A DNA stretch of 64,000 nucleotides from Callorhinchus milii (Eukaryota): positions 80,168,001 to 80,232,000 of the forward strand of contig NW_024704743.1 in the NCBI RefSeq assembly GCF_018977255.1, read 5' to 3'. Shown in pieces: positions 61,621 through 64,000 of this stretch (position 1 is the stretch's first letter; each line of letters begins with the position of its first letter). Under the pieces are notes generated by a model. It was not told the DNA's origin. It was given only the letters and a program-made list of their open reading frames with translations, and ran no database searches. The translations under genes were made by a program, and so were the position numbers.

Positions 61621-62776
61621 CAGGTAGATGGGATATCAGTTCAACATCTCATCTGAAAGTCAGTGTATAGAATTCAGGTTTTCCTGAGTGTGTGGTTGGT
61701 ACATATAAATGTAAATTTCTATTGCACTGTAGTATGTTGCTTCCCATCCTTGATACAAAGAAAATTGAATGAAATACATTTAACTAACAGTCATGAAAAT
61801 GAACTAAGTCACCAGAAACAGATTACCAGAAGGGAAACGACAGCCTGAGGGATAGGCTTGTTGCACTCATTGCTTCTTCCAGGTAAGCTGCTCTTCTCTC
61901 CTTGTGGTATGTACCTCTCTTGCCAGGTGCTTGACCCTTGCTTTGGTGCATAAAATCTTTATGTCCTTTTAAAACCATTTGTCATTGACAGATCTGATAA
62001 CCATCACTCTGAAGACAACCATAATTGGCTGTAAGCAGCAGTTTAGTGCTCCTCAGCAAGTTGCCCTCAATATAAGATGGATTTGAGAAGAATGTTGCTG
62101 AGCAGTGTCCTGAGTTGAAATCGGTCCAGTTCATAATCCAGCCCACGAGCTAATTTTTACTTCAATTCCCCTTCACCAGATGTTACTCATGTGCCTCTGG
62201 ACCCCCATCTACAGTCCACTAATTCAGGTATGTTGCTCCGAGGCAATTCAGTGTTGGAACAGAATTCTTCTGAGTTGGCAGGTTCCCTCCACAAGATACA
62301 GATATTGCTGCAAGCTACTTTTTCCAGCAACAAGGCCAACAACTCTTCTACTCTCCTGAGGAGTGACCATCTTCCAAATAGACTCTTATCATCACTTTGA
62401 GCCATTGTCATCCTTCTGATGTGAAAGGCACTATACAAATGTAAACTGTATTATATTGCATCAGTGATCGCTATAAACCTTAGAATAATTTACACTAGAA
62501 ATGTACATGTCAATAGGATGGCAATGACCCCTTGTGTTGGTGTTGTTTTTGTTCCGCCAATAAAGACACCTATCTTAATCCCAATTGTCTCATCCTCTAA
62601 TATTCTTCCATTGAATATATTTATCTAATTTACTTTTAAATTCCCCCCAATTGACTCTACACCAACAGCAAGTCCTGGAAACTCATTCCACATTCTGAGA
62701 ACCTTCTAAGAAAAAGGGTTCTATCCTAACTTCCCCTTTCAAGCTCCAGTTTATAAACTTAAGTTCATGCCTCCTC

Positions 62777-63468
62777 AATAATAATAATAATAATCGTTGC
62801 ATTTGGTATAGTGCCTTATCAGATCTTTGAGACGTCTCAAAGCACTTAATAATAATAATAATAATAATCCTTGCATTTGATATAGCGCTTTTCACGTCGG
62901 GAAGACGTCCCAAAGCGCTTCACAGAATATACCGTAAAGTGAATTGACTGTATATTTGTGGGCGAACGCGGCAGCCAATTGCGCACAGCAGTGTCCCACA
63001 AACAGTTGTGGATTGAAAATGACCAATTTATTATTGTTTGGGTTTTGGAGGGATTATTATTAGGCGTGTGGAGTAAGGAAACTTGCCCAAGGTCTCGCCC
63101 TGCCTGGAATTGAACTCAGGTCTCTCGCTTGCAAAGCGAGTGCTCTAACCACTGAGCTACAGGACTCCACAGGACTTCACACAATATATTGTAAAGTGAA
63201 TTGACTGTATATCTTGTGGGCGAAATGTAGCAGCCAATTTAACACAGCAGTGTGCCCCAAACAGTGAAATTAGTTTTATTTATTTTGAAAGAATTATTAT
63301 CCCTGGAAAAGTGATACATCAGTTGACTAACAACCGGGTTCCTACTTACTGCTAGGTAAACAGAGGCAGTGGAGTAAGGAAACTTGCCCAACGTTTCGCC
63401 CTTCCAGGAATTAAACCAGGTCCTCTTGTTTGCGAGGCAAATGATTTACTAAGTTACAGGACTCCACA
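62777..63468 (-). mobile_element. Ala-SINE, long form, split by a short-form copy
   Basis: Head-to-hairpin start at 63468-63174; remainder of hairpin and tail at 62847-62777. Confidence 0.88.
62848..63170 (-). mobile_element. Ala-SINE, short form, very well preserved
   Basis: A box, anticodon loop TTTGCAA, retained CpGs, long (TTA)n tail. Confidence 0.95.
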
Positions 63469-64000
63469 GGTCAAATCACCTGCCAGCAGAAATAGTTCTT
63501 CACTATTTATCCTCAAACACCTCCATCACATCACCTCTCAGTCTTCTCTGTTCCAGTAGAACTTCTCTAGTCTCTCCTCATCACTATATCTACTAATCGC
63601 TGGTATCTCTCGTGGTGAATCTACGCTGCACCATCCCCTCAGCTCTAATTCCTTTCTATAGTACAGCGACACCCTCAACAGTAAACAATATTGCTGCCTT
63701 TTTTGATTGATCTTCAAGTGATCACTAGAGGCATGTTAACTTTATTGTTAAGATGTTCACGGTAACAGAAACCTTTCAATGAATAATTAATTATCACATC
63801 AAATACCTTCACTTCTCCACCTCTGCTAATGGTATGATTCCCTTCAGCATATATACATAGCTACAGAATTTTGGTACAATGAAGTTACAGTACAATCCAC
63901 CTGGTTAACAGGTCCAAATATTTTTAAGGCTATTTTAATATATAAAATAACAGATGTTGCAAAGTTATTATTGCAAAGTTGTTGCAAAGGTGGCATGCAT

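Larger units (their letters stand above)
62495..63700 (-). mobile_element. Old CR1 3' region hosting two nested SINEs
   Basis: ctcattccacattct and ttcatgcctcctc to the left; cacctctcagtcttctctgttccag and aatctacgctgcacc (VQRRF) to the right. Confidence 0.7.

Overview
Repeat-dense vertebrate genomic DNA with no recognisable host protein-coding exon; probably a long intron or intergenic region. The repeats point to a cartilaginous fish, possibly a holocephalan (inference from repeat types only). They include many L2-clade LINE fragments (a young family with (TTG)n tails), several CR1-clade LINEs, Deu-domain SINEs of the SacSINE1/AmnSINE type, and an abundant tRNA-Ala-derived SINE in long and short forms. 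Every ORF I could assign to a protein family is a LINE reverse-transcriptase remnant or its antisense shadow. Most interesting: (1) a 3' double-stem hairpin shared with compensatory changes by two L2 families and two SINE families, with one SINE subfamily apparently carrying the L2-type inner loop; (2) two SINEs with different heads and cores sharing one 3' module; (3) a probable short non-autonomous Helitron with both termini visible; (4) recurrent internal deletions and templated junctions in L2 copies; (5) a 92-nt non-coding candidate exon preceded by six TTAAC motifs. Coordinates of degraded repeats are approximate, and all comparisons were made by eye.
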